Part shown: positions 19,271-28,900 of the stretch, one piece after another
Numbering within the stretch: the first letter of the stretch is position 1
Layout: every line of letters begins with the position of its first letter
IMG/VR virus record: IMGVR_UViG_2675903043_000002
Span: 35,347 to 99,346 of that record
Length of the DNA: 64,000 bases
From: a virus
Lineage: Duplodnaviria > Caudoviricetes
Direction: 5' to 3' (one strand)
Program-made: the position numbers and the translations under genes
The notes under the pieces: generated by a model
What the model was told of the DNA's origin: nothing
Databases searched by the model: none
Seen by the model: only the letters and a program-made list of their open reading frames with translations

Positions 19271-20218
19271 TCAGTCCGTCATCTCGGGCGCATCCCAATC
19301 GGTCAGCCTTGCTTCCCCGGTCTGGTAGAATTGCTTCACCAACTTCACGTATTCCAGAAAATCCCGATTCTCAGTTGCCAGCCGGTTAGCCATGCCCCAA
19401 TCGATCTCATCTCTTTCGCGGGCAGGAATCAAGACCTGGCTTTCTGCCGGGTTGTCGGCATCCAGTTTGATCAGGCCGATGCCGTGCGCCGCGAACAGCA
19501 TTCGCAGTTCCTTGAGCGTGTCCTGGCCCTCGATCTCCGCTGCGACCAGATAGCCAAAATTGGCCCAAGACGAGTTGGAAACCGCTTGGAAAAAGCATTC
19601 ACGCACGTTCGACCGGTTGATCAGGAACTTGGCCTCGAACGACCACAACTTGGTGCGCTTGTCGGAATACTGATTCACACAGTCTCGCACCTCCTGGTGC
19701 CACTCAGCACCCAAGTCCTCCATCCCGACCACGTCCGGGTACAGCCAACGGTTGCCGTTCGGCCCTCGTTTGTTCGATGAGCGCTTCTCGTCGATACGCT
19801 TCGAATAGACGCCAAACTCCTCCCACAGATACATCGAAAGCAGTGGGTACATGGCATGCTCGCCAAGCTTGGCATTGTTACTATCTGCCGTGTGCGTGGC
19901 AGTCACGCCCTCAGCCGCCGCAACTTCGGCAACATCAGATTTCTCCGAATAGTAGTACTTGCGCGGCCGACCCTCGGTAGTCTTCAGTTCTGGGTTCCGT
20001 TTCTGTAAACGTGGGCGCTGCGAGCTAATTTCCGCGACCAGCTGCTGCACCAAATCACCATCGGATCTGATGTAGTCACCGCGACTATTGGATTTCTTCT
20101 CCTGACACTCAGCGGGATAGGTACTAAAAATCCACTCTGCGATCTGCCTTGCAGCCAGCTTTTCTTCGGGCCGTGCCTTCAAACAATCCAGTACGGCTTT
20201 CGCCAAATTCAAAGCCAT
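19271..20218 (-). CDS. HrgA / COG2958 family restriction-endonuclease-like protein
   Basis: NRWLYPDVVG, WSFEAK, RECFFQAVSNSSWANFGYLVA. Confidence 0.8.
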   Translation of the reverse strand: MALNLAKAVLDCLKARPEEKLAARQIAEWIFSTYPAECQEKKSNSRGDYIRSDGDLVQQLVAEISSQRPRLQKRNPELKTTEGRPRKYYYSEKSDVAEVAAAEGVTATHTADSNNAKLGEHAMYPLLSMYLWEEFGVYSKRIDEKRSSNKRGPNGNRWLYPDVVGMEDLGAEWHQEVRDCVNQYSDKRTKLWSFEAKFLINRSNVRECFFQAVSNSSWANFGYLVAAEIEGQDTLKELRMLFAAHGIGLIKLDADNPAESQVLIPARERDEIDWGMANRLATENRDFLEYVKLVKQFYQTGEARLTDWDAPEMTD

Positions 20219-20266
20219 TTATTGCCTCTTAGCGCCGCATACACAGCATCAATGTCGAACAAACAA

Positions 20267-21739
20267 TTACCACAGCCCTAATCCCTGGTAATGCTGCCGT
20301 TTTGTTTCTAATTCCACCGAGTTATTGATCACACGTAAAGCGTGTTTTAAATATCCCACAGCGGCAGAATAGTCTCGCATCTGCTCACAAACTTGGATCA
20401 AGCGGATTAGAACTTGGGGTTTGCTTGGGCACTTTCTATTGATCGCCTCAAGTGCTTCGCGCGCCTCCGGAAAGTTGGCTTCCAAGCCAAATAGGATCGC
20501 GCGCAAGAAATCAAGCTCTAACGATTCTCCATCCTGCCTCTCAGCATCCTGAATGAGATCCTTTGCGGGGTTCATTTTCCGAAGCGTCAGTAACGTCTTA
20601 ATGCCAAGCAGCCGGATCAATTGTTGATCGTTTCCCTGCAAGTCGCTCTTGTATTCTCGATTGAATACTTCTTCGAACTGGAACAGTCTGTTTGCGCGAT
20701 AGAGCGCATTGAGCTGTTGCAACAAAGCAGCAGAGTCGTGGGAGCGGGAAAATTCATCTTCCGCTATTCTTGCCGCCTTTAGGTAGTCCTTTGTCTCCAG
20801 AGCCTCGACAACTGATGTCGACCAATCTACAGAAACTTGTCCACCAAATGATGTTATGGCGTACTGCGGGGAGCTTAATTGATTTTGCCTTGCTAGTTCA
20901 AAAGCAGTGCGGAGAGATGCAATATCGTGGTATCGATCTGAAGGTAATCTTTCCATGCACCTAAGGATCAGCGCATCAACCATCGGTACAATGTTAGCAT
21001 TGATTTCACTGGGGCGCTTAAATGGCGCATGGCGACGCACTTGAGAGGGTGTGTCATGAGGTAGTTGCCCCGTTAGCAACTGGTATAAAAGAACGCCGAG
21101 GCTGTAGATGTCGCCTCGCAGCAAGTCCTCAAAAGTCCCTTTACGAGAGACACTATCGGAAAATTCTGGAGCAGCGTACAGAACTGTGCCGCCGTTTTCC
21201 CTGGTTCGGACATAAATTTCCTCTGGAAGAGCGGAGCTTCCAAAGTCAGTCAACTTCACCAAATCACCCGCACCCACAAGAATATTGTGCGGCTTGATGT
21301 CGCCATGCGAAATGGGTGTTGGCAAGGTCGCCAAGAATCCAACGGCGTCGAGCACCTGCGCGTAGATGCTGAACAGTCGCTCAAACGTGTTACCGAAATT
21401 TTGATTCCTTCGCTCCAATTTTTGGGCAAGGCTTTGGCTCGGGAAATACTCCATTTCGATGAAGAACCATTCGTTCTCCGGAGGAATTCTCCCCATATTG
21501 CAAATCCGAACAATATTGGGATGAGGATCTATTGTGAGTAGTTCTTTCCCCTCGGCAAGTAGGCGATCATCTTTTGTCAGGTCTTTAGGTATCTTCACCG
21601 CGACGATGGTGCTGTCTGACAGTCTCTCCGCCCGCCATACCCAACCATGACTGCCGTCACCGAGGCATTCGAGCAAGAGATACCTATCGCCTAAGCGCTT
21701 ATTGGTTCCCGGCAGAAAGTGTGCGGACTTAATATTCAC
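20267..21739 (-). CDS. Hanks-type Ser/Thr protein kinase with C-terminal TPR-like repeats
   Basis: LGDGSHG, VAVK, HGDIKPHN, DFG, YAAPE, DIYSLG; helical C-terminus. Confidence 0.92.
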   Translation of the reverse strand: MNIKSAHFLPGTNKRLGDRYLLLECLGDGSHGWVWRAERLSDSTIVAVKIPKDLTKDDRLLAEGKELLTIDPHPNIVRICNMGRIPPENEWFFIEMEYFPSQSLAQKLERRNQNFGNTFERLFSIYAQVLDAVGFLATLPTPISHGDIKPHNILVGAGDLVKLTDFGSSALPEEIYVRTRENGGTVLYAAPEFSDSVSRKGTFEDLLRGDIYSLGVLLYQLLTGQLPHDTPSQVRRHAPFKRPSEINANIVPMVDALILRCMERLPSDRYHDIASLRTAFELARQNQLSSPQYAITSFGGQVSVDWSTSVVEALETKDYLKAARIAEDEFSRSHDSAALLQQLNALYRANRLFQFEEVFNREYKSDLQGNDQQLIRLLGIKTLLTLRKMNPAKDLIQDAERQDGESLELDFLRAILFGLEANFPEAREALEAINRKCPSKPQVLIRLIQVCEQMRDYSAAVGYLKHALRVINNSVELETKRQHYQGLGLW

Positions 21740-22314
21740 ATCAACCTCTCACACCGAATCTGTTTGAGAAGCAGAGTTCCGCTGCGTTCAATCTCAAAAA
21801 TAAACCGGCTAAACAGAACAGCTGTATTTCGTATTGCTGGCACCTGCGCTCCAACCGACGATTTGAAGCCTTGTCGACATCGCTGCAGAAACACATCTTT
21901 ATTCGGCGCAGAGACAACCCCTTTGCTCCATGCCGAAAGAATCAGCACTGTAGGAGCATCTCCCCACCTCATGGATGCCTCAAGTAGATTGCAAAGCTTC
22001 TCGTCGAGTTTTTTTTGTCCTCGATCGGTGCCATCGAAGCGTTCGAACTCAATCAATGCATCAGGCGTGCGCTGCGTTCGACTAAACCAGGTTGAGTCGG
22101 AACGAATGTCCGCACCATGCGTCATCGGCACTGGACACTCTGCTACCGCCATAAAGCCAAGCTCAGATCCAAGCTCATTCCAGGCACTGCAACCCAAGCT
22201 GTGAATTAAGACATCCTCGTCGCGAACACCCCAGCTAGACAGCATGGGGTAGCTGCGATCGATAAACTCCAGTGAGGACATTTCGGCACAAATGCGCCCT
22301 GTGAGGTCAGTCAC
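21736..22314 (-). CDS. Putative PD-(D/E)xK-fold nuclease
   Basis: AE...IRSDSTW...ALIEFER; likely GTG start at 22314 overlapping the HerA stop. Confidence 0.55.
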   Translation of the reverse strand: MTDLTGRICAEMSSLEFIDRSYPMLSSWGVRDEDVLIHSLGCSAWNELGSELGFMAVAECPVPMTHGADIRSDSTWFSRTQRTPDALIEFERFDGTDRGQKKLDEKLCNLLEASMRWGDAPTVLILSAWSKGVVSAPNKDVFLQRCRQGFKSSVGAQVPAIRNTAVLFSRFIFEIERSGTLLLKQIRCERLM

Positions 22315-23992
22315 CAAAGCGCCCCCAAACTCGCAGCACCTCGGGCGATTCACCACCGTGTATCAGTGCCTTGTCACCAACTTTAACCAGGAGTGGAGCA
22401 GGAATAGATCGCCCACATACCAAAGCCTCACCCGTTGACAGATTAGGTAACTCGTCCAAGTCAGCCTTGCTTACCATGTCAGACGCTTTTGCGATAAAGC
22501 GCTGGTCGTCCGGGTTCTTCAGTCGCATGGTGATCAGAGTGTTGCACTGTGATGTCACGTCCGCGTCCAGCTTTGATGGACGCTGGCTAACAATAGCAAA
22601 GCCCACTCCGAATTTCCGACCTTCGCCAGCAATTTTCTTGATGATCCGGTGGCTGACCGCATTTCCACCGGCAGGAGCAAAATTATGTCCTTCCTCATAA
22701 ACCAGGAAACAAGGCCGCAATGGATCTGTCTTGCTGGATGCTGCGCGCAAAATCTCACTGGAAAGTAGCGCGCAGATCACCTGTTTGGCCGTATCGCTCA
22801 GCCCTTGCAGATCGATCACAACGAGACGCCCCTGTTTATTCGAAGGGCGTCCGACCATTTTGTAAATATCGGTCGGGGCTGACATAGCCGCAGAGTAGAA
22901 GCTTTGCGCCTCGTTGAGCACTCGCGACAACTTCATCGAAATCACCGCAGCACTGCGGCCATTCAATGCTTTGCCTTCTGCTTCAGAAAGATCATCCCAT
23001 TCGCGCAACTCTTCGATGCCATCTCCGAGAAAATGTCGAAGGCGATTGATATCTCGTGGCTCGGTCTTGTCTGCTGTCCGCCAGTATCGCAACGCAACAT
23101 CAACCACACGCTGCTGTGGCTCGGTCAGCCCGGGGAGAATCTCTGCCACATCATCCATTTCAAAGTGATCGAACTGCAGCGCAAGCTGGGCGTTCTTGCC
23201 AGCGTACTTGTGCTTGAACGATTCATTTTGTGGTGTGTAAACATGGATACCAGCCCCGGCTTGCTGCAATCGTTCCAAGGTATCGCGGATTTTTGGAAGC
23301 GCAGTACGATCGCGTCCGTCTTCACTTTCTGACAGACCTCCCGAGAAATTCAATTGCCCCTTCTCCAGGGCTCTTCCATACTCACCATGCGGATCGAATA
23401 CAATAACGGTTCCATTGTTCAGTGCCACTAAGCGTTCAATGATGCGGCCGACGGTGTAGGACTTACCCGATCCCGTCATCGCTAGAACTGCCATATGCTC
23501 AGTGACCAGTTTGTTTACTTCTAAAAAGACCGGCACCGTATTATCGCCACGCTCATACCCAACGAGATTCCCTAGATGCAAACTGGTGTGTTCGTTGAAT
23601 TCGTAGAAATCGCTTAAAAATTGAAAGTCCACTGTTTCAACGGCGGCGCCGGGATCGAGCGGGCGGCGTGGAATTTTTATCTGACGAGACACTGGATCGC
23701 GGTAACCGACCAGTTCGACATTTGCATAGAGATTCTCGCCGGTAACACTGGCGCCCGGGAGTAGCTCGAGTTCAGTCACGCCACCACCGAATCCAGCGTT
23801 GAACAGCATGTTGGTTCGAGTAATCCTAGTGACTCGCCCAAGCACAGGCACCACGCTTTCATCCGCGCGCTCCTGGTGCATGATGCGGACAAACTCTCCT
23901 CGACGTACGGAAAAGGAATCCTGAACCACCATCGTCAGCTGTGCTGCGTCACCGGTGTTGCCAACCAGCTTTCCAAGTACCTTGTGTTTCAT
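22307..23992 (-). CDS. herA: HerA/FtsK-family ATPase with N-terminal HAS barrel
   Basis: HMAVLAMTGSGKS, VFDPHGEY, LVYEEGH, EGRKFG, SQRPS. Confidence 0.9.
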   Translation of the reverse strand: MKHKVLGKLVGNTGDAAQLTMVVQDSFSVRRGEFVRIMHQERADESVVPVLGRVTRITRTNMLFNAGFGGGVTELELLPGASVTGENLYANVELVGYRDPVSRQIKIPRRPLDPGAAVETVDFQFLSDFYEFNEHTSLHLGNLVGYERGDNTVPVFLEVNKLVTEHMAVLAMTGSGKSYTVGRIIERLVALNNGTVIVFDPHGEYGRALEKGQLNFSGGLSESEDGRDRTALPKIRDTLERLQQAGAGIHVYTPQNESFKHKYAGKNAQLALQFDHFEMDDVAEILPGLTEPQQRVVDVALRYWRTADKTEPRDINRLRHFLGDGIEELREWDDLSEAEGKALNGRSAAVISMKLSRVLNEAQSFYSAAMSAPTDIYKMVGRPSNKQGRLVVIDLQGLSDTAKQVICALLSSEILRAASSKTDPLRPCFLVYEEGHNFAPAGGNAVSHRIIKKIAGEGRKFGVGFAIVSQRPSKLDADVTSQCNTLITMRLKNPDDQRFIAKASDMVSKADLDELPNLSTGEALVCGRSIPAPLLVKVGDKALIHGGESPEVLRVWGRFGD

Positions 23993-25131
23993 GATTCAAA
24001 CCCTTCATCGAGACCGGACAACCACGTGCTTTCTATGTCGTTACTCCGCAGTGCTTCATTTAGCCCCTGCTGATAGTAGGCAGAGAACTTTTCGAGAATA
24101 TTGAGTTGCTGCCGACTTAGCAGCTGTGGCAGTGGCATTGCTTTCTTCTGGCTTTGCATATCCAGAATCATCAGTCGGGATGCCACGGTATCCAGCAAGG
24201 CAGAGTTCCAATCGGACTCTTCGCCAGCCAACTGAGCCATTTTTATTTGACTTGCGCGCGCGCTGCGGAAGTGAAAACCGATAACACCTTGGCTTACTTC
24301 GCTGGCGGGTTCCATTCGGGAGCGATTCTCGGTCATCCGAAAAGCGATAGTTCGAGTGAAGTTACCCAATATGCCATTGATAAAACGAGTATCGCCAATT
24401 CCGCTCAGCCGCTCTTCCAGTCCTTCGAGCATGGCTGCCGAGTCCGGTGCAAAACCATCGTTAGCCAAAATATGCTTGCGACCTCCTTCAGTGCGCAAAT
24501 CTTGTCGAGCGATGCTGACAATGGCAGAGAATCGCTCAGCCAGAATGCTGACTAACACAGGACCTTCCGAATTCCATGGAAACAAGGCTTTCCGGTTATT
24601 CTGCCAAAACTGTTCGATAATGTCCCTGGTCTTTTCAAACTCAGCCCAGTGCCGCATATTCCGCTTTAATGGCACCATTTCCCGATCGATGAATAGCGGG
24701 GTATCGATAAGAATTAGGTTGGCAAAACCATTCTGTTGCAGCAGTCGCTCTACCAGGGCATAACAGTGCCGCATCTCCACTAAGTCCAGACGTTTTCTCT
24801 GCGCTTCGAAATCGATGTCGTCCAGCTCGGATACTGAATCAGACCCAGCAGTACTGATCTTATTGTCCTGAATCGTTAGATCTGTCCGTACAGCTGCAGA
24901 TGCGTAGATAAAGCCACCCAAAGCACGGTGAATACATGAGTAACTCGCAATACCGGAGACCGCGAGATTGACGACGGATGGTCGCTTGATGGCCTTAATT
25001 AAACCGGCATCCCGAAACAAGGGTGCCACTTGCTCAATATCCCGAATCTGTTTGAGTAAGCGACCAGCACTGCCAGGCAATCTTAACTGACTATCGATAG
25101 CCAATGCTTGCGCAAGATTAGTTGTTTTCAT
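23989..25131 (-). CDS. NurA-like protein (catalytic residues look degenerate)
   Basis: Coupled to HerA; LILIDTPL matches NurA motif II, but AVSG replaces AVDG and the C-terminal MPLPQLLS lacks the His. Confidence 0.6.
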   Translation of the reverse strand: MKTTNLAQALAIDSQLRLPGSAGRLLKQIRDIEQVAPLFRDAGLIKAIKRPSVVNLAVSGIASYSCIHRALGGFIYASAAVRTDLTIQDNKISTAGSDSVSELDDIDFEAQRKRLDLVEMRHCYALVERLLQQNGFANLILIDTPLFIDREMVPLKRNMRHWAEFEKTRDIIEQFWQNNRKALFPWNSEGPVLVSILAERFSAIVSIARQDLRTEGGRKHILANDGFAPDSAAMLEGLEERLSGIGDTRFINGILGNFTRTIAFRMTENRSRMEPASEVSQGVIGFHFRSARASQIKMAQLAGEESDWNSALLDTVASRLMILDMQSQKKAMPLPQLLSRQQLNILEKFSAYYQQGLNEALRSNDIESTWLSGLDEGFES

Positions 25132-25134
25132 TGG

Positions 25135-25959
25135 CTAGGCCTCATTCCTCAAATTTTCGGCAAATGCCCAGTATTTACACCCCATCAAGTGGGCCAACCC
25201 CTGTTCGGTCAATCCATTGTCATTTATCAACCCAGCATTTCTTAGGCGAACCATGCTTTCCGGCAGATCGAAGTTGGCCAAATTCAATAGTGGAACGGCA
25301 TATGTCTTCAACCTGCTCAGCAAGCCCTCAGCTGTCGCGACATTGAATCCGTAGCTGCACACCAACACGGTGACATCCTCTGGGCGTATCGCGTCTTCTT
25401 GGGGCTTTGTTTCTTCAGTAGTAACAGATGGCAGGCCACAATGTCGCTCAATCTTGGCCAGGAAGTCATGCACCAGCGCCGCCTGATCTAACAAACTAAT
25501 GGACCAAAGCGGTAGTGTCGTGGCAGCGATCAGGCCGCTATTGGAATGTCCCTTCCAGTATCGTGTATGGCAAGTCGGCTCCCCCAGCGGCATATCCTCT
25601 GTGCAAGCACCGTTTACCCCGCGCAGGCGGTACGTCAGTTCGCCCTCCAGCATGCTCATAAGCAGTGCTCGTTTGACGGCTACCGCAATTGACGGTGCCA
25701 ACTCAACCACCCAGTCCAGAAAATGAAAAATGCTCCCTTCCTGGTATGGGGGGAGTAGCAGTAATGAACAACCGGGTTGGCGTACCCACGCCGCACACTC
25801 CTCCTGAGATTCTCTCGATGCTTGCAACTGCTCGCCGGTCATCAAAACAAAGCCGGTCTGCGGTAAGCCATGCTCGGGCGACTGGGAGATCCCCAGCAAG
25901 CTGGCCAGGAAACGCCCTCTACGGTGCGCCTGCAATTCCGGAGTGAGATAGAGCTTCAC
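25135..25959 (-). CDS. Hypothetical protein (possible C-terminal winged helix)
   Basis: Coupled GTGA start; ...RLRNAGLINDNGLTEQG. Confidence 0.7.
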   Translation of the reverse strand: MKLYLTPELQAHRRGRFLASLLGISQSPEHGLPQTGFVLMTGEQLQASRESQEECAAWVRQPGCSLLLLPPYQEGSIFHFLDWVVELAPSIAVAVKRALLMSMLEGELTYRLRGVNGACTEDMPLGEPTCHTRYWKGHSNSGLIAATTLPLWSISLLDQAALVHDFLAKIERHCGLPSVTTEETKPQEDAIRPEDVTVLVCSYGFNVATAEGLLSRLKTYAVPLLNLANFDLPESMVRLRNAGLINDNGLTEQGLAHLMGCKYWAFAENLRNEA

Positions 25960-28900
25960 GCATTGCCCCCGAAATAGAGCTTCATTCTCAGGATGCCCTT
26001 GGCAACCAAGGCCTCTTGAGCGGGCGGGGACAGTGCTGGGTTCTTGCCCTCGGCGATGGCCGTGGCCAAATCTTGCCAGCTCGCGAAATCAAGGCCAGTC
26101 CCACTTAACAACTGGTTTGCCTTGTTTTCCCATTGTGATTGCTGCATATCAATCGTAATTTGCAAATCATGCAAGCTCAGGGCAGATACGCTAGCCAGGT
26201 TGATTGCCGCTGGCACGGTTTCGTTGCAAGCACCGAACAGAGGCGTCAGTACTGGAAGGTAGCGCTCATTGGTCTGACTGACCAAGGTCTCGCGATGCGA
26301 TAGAATCGTGTTTTCAACTTTACTGATGGCACCGCCAACACTATGCAACTGAGAGTGAATGGGGTTGAGCAAACGATCAGGGATGCCGCGGATGGCGCTG
26401 AACTGCCCCTTGCGTGCTTGCTCACGAAATTTCTCACGCTCACTCTTGGCCAAGTCAGCCAAGTCCTCAAACGCGTCGCCAATCAACACTAGTTTTTGAG
26501 CGAGCGCTGCAAGCTCTTGGGTGTGTTCTGGTGTCGTGTAACCCGCAGGCATGGGCTCCAAAACGCGCGCAGCCTCTGCGCATCGAGCCTTCAACTCAGC
26601 GAGGTAGCCGGTAATCTCGACAAATTTTTTCTTGCCCACACGATAGCTACTTGCAATGTGGCCAAGGTTCTCAGTAAGACCCAAAGCCGTTCCATTGTCG
26701 ATATTGACACCGGCTTCTTCGGCGAGCAGGCGCAAGCGATCCGCCGCCTTGTCCAGTTGAAGTGAGCGCAAGTAATGCAGCAAGGTATCCGAGCTCGCGG
26801 TACCCTCTGCCGTTGCGGTATCACTCTCATTGCGCTGCTGCAGGGCGCCATCAAGAATATTGTTCACCGTCTGTAGCGACAGGGTGAATAAGCTGCGCGG
26901 GAACATGTCCAGATTCTGCGCATCAGCCTCAATGTCAGTGATCAGATGATTGATGCCTTGTTTGATTTGGGATGCGGCTTTCTCCACGTAATCCGCAAAC
27001 AGCCGGGCCTGTTCGATACGCTGATAGAGCGATAGGCTCTTGTCGTCGAGGCGTAGGGTATTGATGTTGCCCAAGGTGATCTCAGGTACTTGTTCCGGCT
27101 TGACCCCCGCGACCCGCTGCAGCACCTCAAAGCGTCCGGCAAGCAGAGCAGGCATCTTGTCAGTAATGGCAGCCAAGGCATCAGCCCCCTGCAGAGCGAG
27201 CGCTTCTTCGTTGACCTTCAGCGCGTCAAACGCTGAGCGGGCTGCTTTGATTAGCTCGTGCGCTTCCACCGTTTCAGTGCCGGTGGGTGATTTGCCTAAG
27301 GGTGCAAAGAGTCCCGGAATGCGGTCATAGCCAAAAACACGCTCCAACTTGGCAACCACAGCCTTATAGCCGTCAGCACTGTTGCCGTTAAACCAGTTCT
27401 GCGCCTCGTTGATGGCGTTATCCAGTTTGGCCCGTGGCAGGCTTTGCCATTTCGCTGTTGTTGCAGTGGCATCTTGTAGCTGCAACAGATGCAACTCACC
27501 ACACCACCACATCCAATCATCGAACACGTTCTTGGCTGTCACGCTGGCATGTTGCAAGTAGCCCCAGTACCAACCTCGCTTGGCCTTCTCCAGCGTCCAT
27601 TCCTGTGTGCTGACCGGGTTCGCTATACGTGCCAAGAAGTAGGGGAATTTTGCTTGCGCCTGCTGCGGGTTGGCCAAGTCAGCAAACAAGCCCGCGTGCT
27701 CTTCCTTCGCAAAACCAAGGCTGAGCAGCTTGCTCGGCAAGGCCAGGCGTTGCATCAGCGATGCAATTTCTTCGGCATCAATACCGTGCCTGGTTTCCAG
27801 ATCATTCAAGCCGGAAAGGGTAGGCTTCTTGAACACAAACAAGGTCCAGGCCTGCAGCAGCAGATCGCGATCCTGCGTGTTGATCTTGCCGGTTGGTCTC
27901 AGCGGCCAGGCAATCAAGCCCCGCTCATTCAAGCGGGCGCGCCATTGGTGGATCGCTTGATAGGCAAAGTCTCGCAAAGCATTGAGCTTGTTCTTGAATT
28001 TGCTCGTCAGTCGCGCCTCATCAAGCGAAAAACCCTTGCACTGTTCGGGCGTGAGGCCGATGCGTTCCAGCTGATCGACTTCGCTGGGGTTCAGGTAGTA
28101 GAGCAGCAGGTCGTCTTTGAGCTTTTCACTCACGTCGCCCCGGTTGTACTGCTCCATCAAGTGGGTAGATGCCGTGAATGCCATCACCGGGAAGCGCCCT
28201 TCATTGGTGTGGCGCGTTGCAGCCAGTTGATGCAGTCGATCCAGCTCATCACGGTTGTTCACCCAGGCAAACCATGCCAGATTGTCCGGGTGCAGCTTCA
28301 ACCCCTCGCAATACAGCAAGCCACCACGCTGACCAGTCCCTTGCCCACGCGAGCTGGCTTGAATGCACAGATTCTCTTTATTGGAGAGACTGGGCTGTGC
28401 GTATTGCCAGTTCTTGTCCAACAAGCGCATCAAGCCCATCAGACGCGCCGTCCAGCGCAGGCACGGGTTGTGGCTGCTGGCTTGCAAGAAGGTCTTCATC
28501 GCCGCTTCGTGCACATCCGCATCGGCCGGGTCGCGGAAGATCATCGAGTTGTGCTGCTGATTGCGGTAGCGCAGATCCAGTCGCAGCAACATCGCCACGC
28601 TGGGGCCAATATGCGTAGCCTCTTCATCCGGCACAAATTGGTCGCTGCCGATCAGCTTCTGCCACAGTGCATCGGCGGCAAACTCCACAGCCGGGTGGTC
28701 GTACAACAAACTCAATAGATGCTTGAACTCCCCGCGCGACAGCGGCAACAGCAGCACATCTTTTTCAGCCTCATTGATGGCAAATGTGCGCAGGTTTTGC
28801 AGCAAAGCAGAGAGACTTAACGCCTGCTCGACAGCGGGGTACAGCCATTCGTCCCTTTCACGCTTGAATTTGGCCTCTTCCAGCGCCTGGCGGCATTGGA

